The notes under the pieces: model-generated | What the model saw: the letters and a program-made list of their open reading frames with translations, nothing else | The model's database searches: none | Told to the model about the DNA's origin: nothing | Position numbers and translations under genes: made by a program | Part shown: positions 62,361-64,000 of the stretch, one piece after another | Layout of the letters: each line of letters starts with the position of its first letter | Numbering within the stretch: position 1 is the first letter of the stretch | Assembly (NCBI RefSeq): GCF_963921235.1 | Contig: NC_086108.1 | Span: 92,568,001 to 92,632,000 of the forward strand | Origin: Mobula hypostoma | Taxonomy: Eukaryota | Length of the DNA: 64,000 nt | Reading direction: 5' to 3'

Positions 62361-63434
62361 AAATTTTTTTGCTGAACGATATCATATTTTGTAAAACAAG
62401 TACTATTATGTCTGTAGAGCATTACGAAATTTAATTCAACCCATTGACTACATTGTACTTTGTTTTAAACAAATGGGTTCAGAACATCTTGAACTATTAT
62501 GGAATTACGTACAAAGGACCATCAAATACATCTAAATTAATTAGTACTATGCAAAAACTTAGACAAACTTCTATAGATTCACAGTGGAGAGTATGCTTCT
62601 ATTTATCTGTTGGCATACACTTCAGAAAAGGCTGTTCCAGCCCTTTGGAGCTGTGCTGCCCTGCCTAATCACAGGACAATTTAAATTAACCAGCTAACCT
62701 CCCAACCGGTATGTCTTTGGACTGTGGGAGGAAACCAGAACACTGGGAGGAAAGCTGCATCCAGCAACTCTGAATTCTGAGGGAGTTAGAGTTTGATGAG
62801 GGACATGCCTAGAAGCTCTTCAACCTGAGGAGCAAGCAGTCTCTCTGAAACACACACAAAACATCGACTCTCTATTCCTTTCCAGAGATGGTGTCTGACC
62901 TGCTGAGTTACTCCAGCATTTCTTGTGTATACTCTGGGTTTCCAGCATCTGCGGAATCTCTCGTGTTTAGTCTCTCTGAAAGCTTCATTTGAAATGTGCT
63001 GCATGAGGTTTTGTTTGTTGATGTCATTACTTACTGGGAGCTGGAATGCCCCAGCAGACTCCGATAAAAGAAAAACTATTGTTGCTGTTGGAAGCTATTG
63101 GATAAATATTTGCAAAAAAAGGATTTATAAAGAATGGAGGGCAGCTTGAATTTCAGACAAATCCATATCACCCTTTCATCTGGTGAAAATTAACCTGTTT
63201 TAATGATAATGTTCTATTGAAAATCTATACCTGTTCTAAGGGTACTCAAGCAGAAAGTAGAGCAAGAAATTATATGAAAGGTGCCTTGTGATTTCTGCAA
63301 CATCCATTCGTTGTAGTGAGTGTGAAAGTTTCGGAGTGAGATTTATAGAGCATATGGTTGACAGACAGCACCAAAATTTCCGTGTATTACATAAGTACAG
63401 TTTGCCTTCTTTTGTACATTGGTGAGCCTTTGTC

Positions 63435-64000
63435 TGTTTAGAAACATAGAAAACCTACAGCACAATACAGGCCCCTTCAGCCCACAAAGTTGCGCCGAAC
63501 ATGTCCCTACCTTAGAAAGTACTAGGCTTACCCATAGCCCTCTATTTTTCTAAGCTCCATTTACCTATCCAAAAGTCTCTTCAAAGACCCTATTGTATCC
63601 GCCTCCACCACCATTGCCAGCAGTCCATTCCACGCACTCATCATTCTCTGAGTAAAAAACTTACCCCTGACATCTCCTCTGTACCTACTTCCCAGCACCT
63701 TAAACCTGTGTCCTCTTGTGGCAACCATTTCAGCCCTGGTAAAAAGCCTCTGACTATCCACACGATCAATGCCTCTCATCATCTTATACACCTCTATCAG
63801 GTCACCTGTCATCCTCCATCACTCCAAGGAGAAAAGGCTGAGTTCACTCGACCTGTTTTCGTAAGGCATGCTCCCCAATCCAGGCAACATCCTTGTAAAT
63901 CTCCTCTGCACCCTTTCTATGGCTTCCACATCCTTCCTGTAGTGAGGCGACCAGAACTGAGCACAGTACTCCAAGTGGGGCCTGACCAGGGCCCTATATA
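63435..64000 (-). mobile_element. CR1 3' end, running off the window
   Basis: GDLIEVYKMMRGIDRVDSQRLF...GKFFTQRMMSAWNGL. Confidence 0.9.

Overview
This is eukaryotic, repeat-dominated intronic or intergenic DNA. The repeat set (CR1, Rex1/Babar, Penelope, V-SINE, Deu-type SINE) points to a cartilaginous fish, probably a ray; this is an inference. No host gene could be identified with confidence. Nearly all ORFs in the track are decayed transposon proteins: CR1, Rex1/Babar, L1, RTE, a HERO/R2-like RLE element, Penelope-like RT/GIY-YIG, Ty3/Gypsy gag-pol, a hAT (SPIN/Buster-like) transposase and a Tigger/pogo remnant, plus MITEs, SINEs and a solo LTR. Many insertions are nested, and their order can be rebuilt from target-site duplications (TSDs). 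The most notable signal is that the Penelope terminal repeats carry a minimal type I hammerhead ribozyme motif (stem I-CUGANGA-stem II-GAAAC-GUH-stem I) in about 10 copies, including short ORF-less fold-back derivatives. Other points of interest are a 69-bp hairpin at a Penelope 5' junction, an in-frame triplication of an RT catalytic motif, a Tigger derivative resembling mammalian MER2/Tigger4, and a few weak candidate host exons and enhancers. Family names come from motif recognition only; no database search was run.
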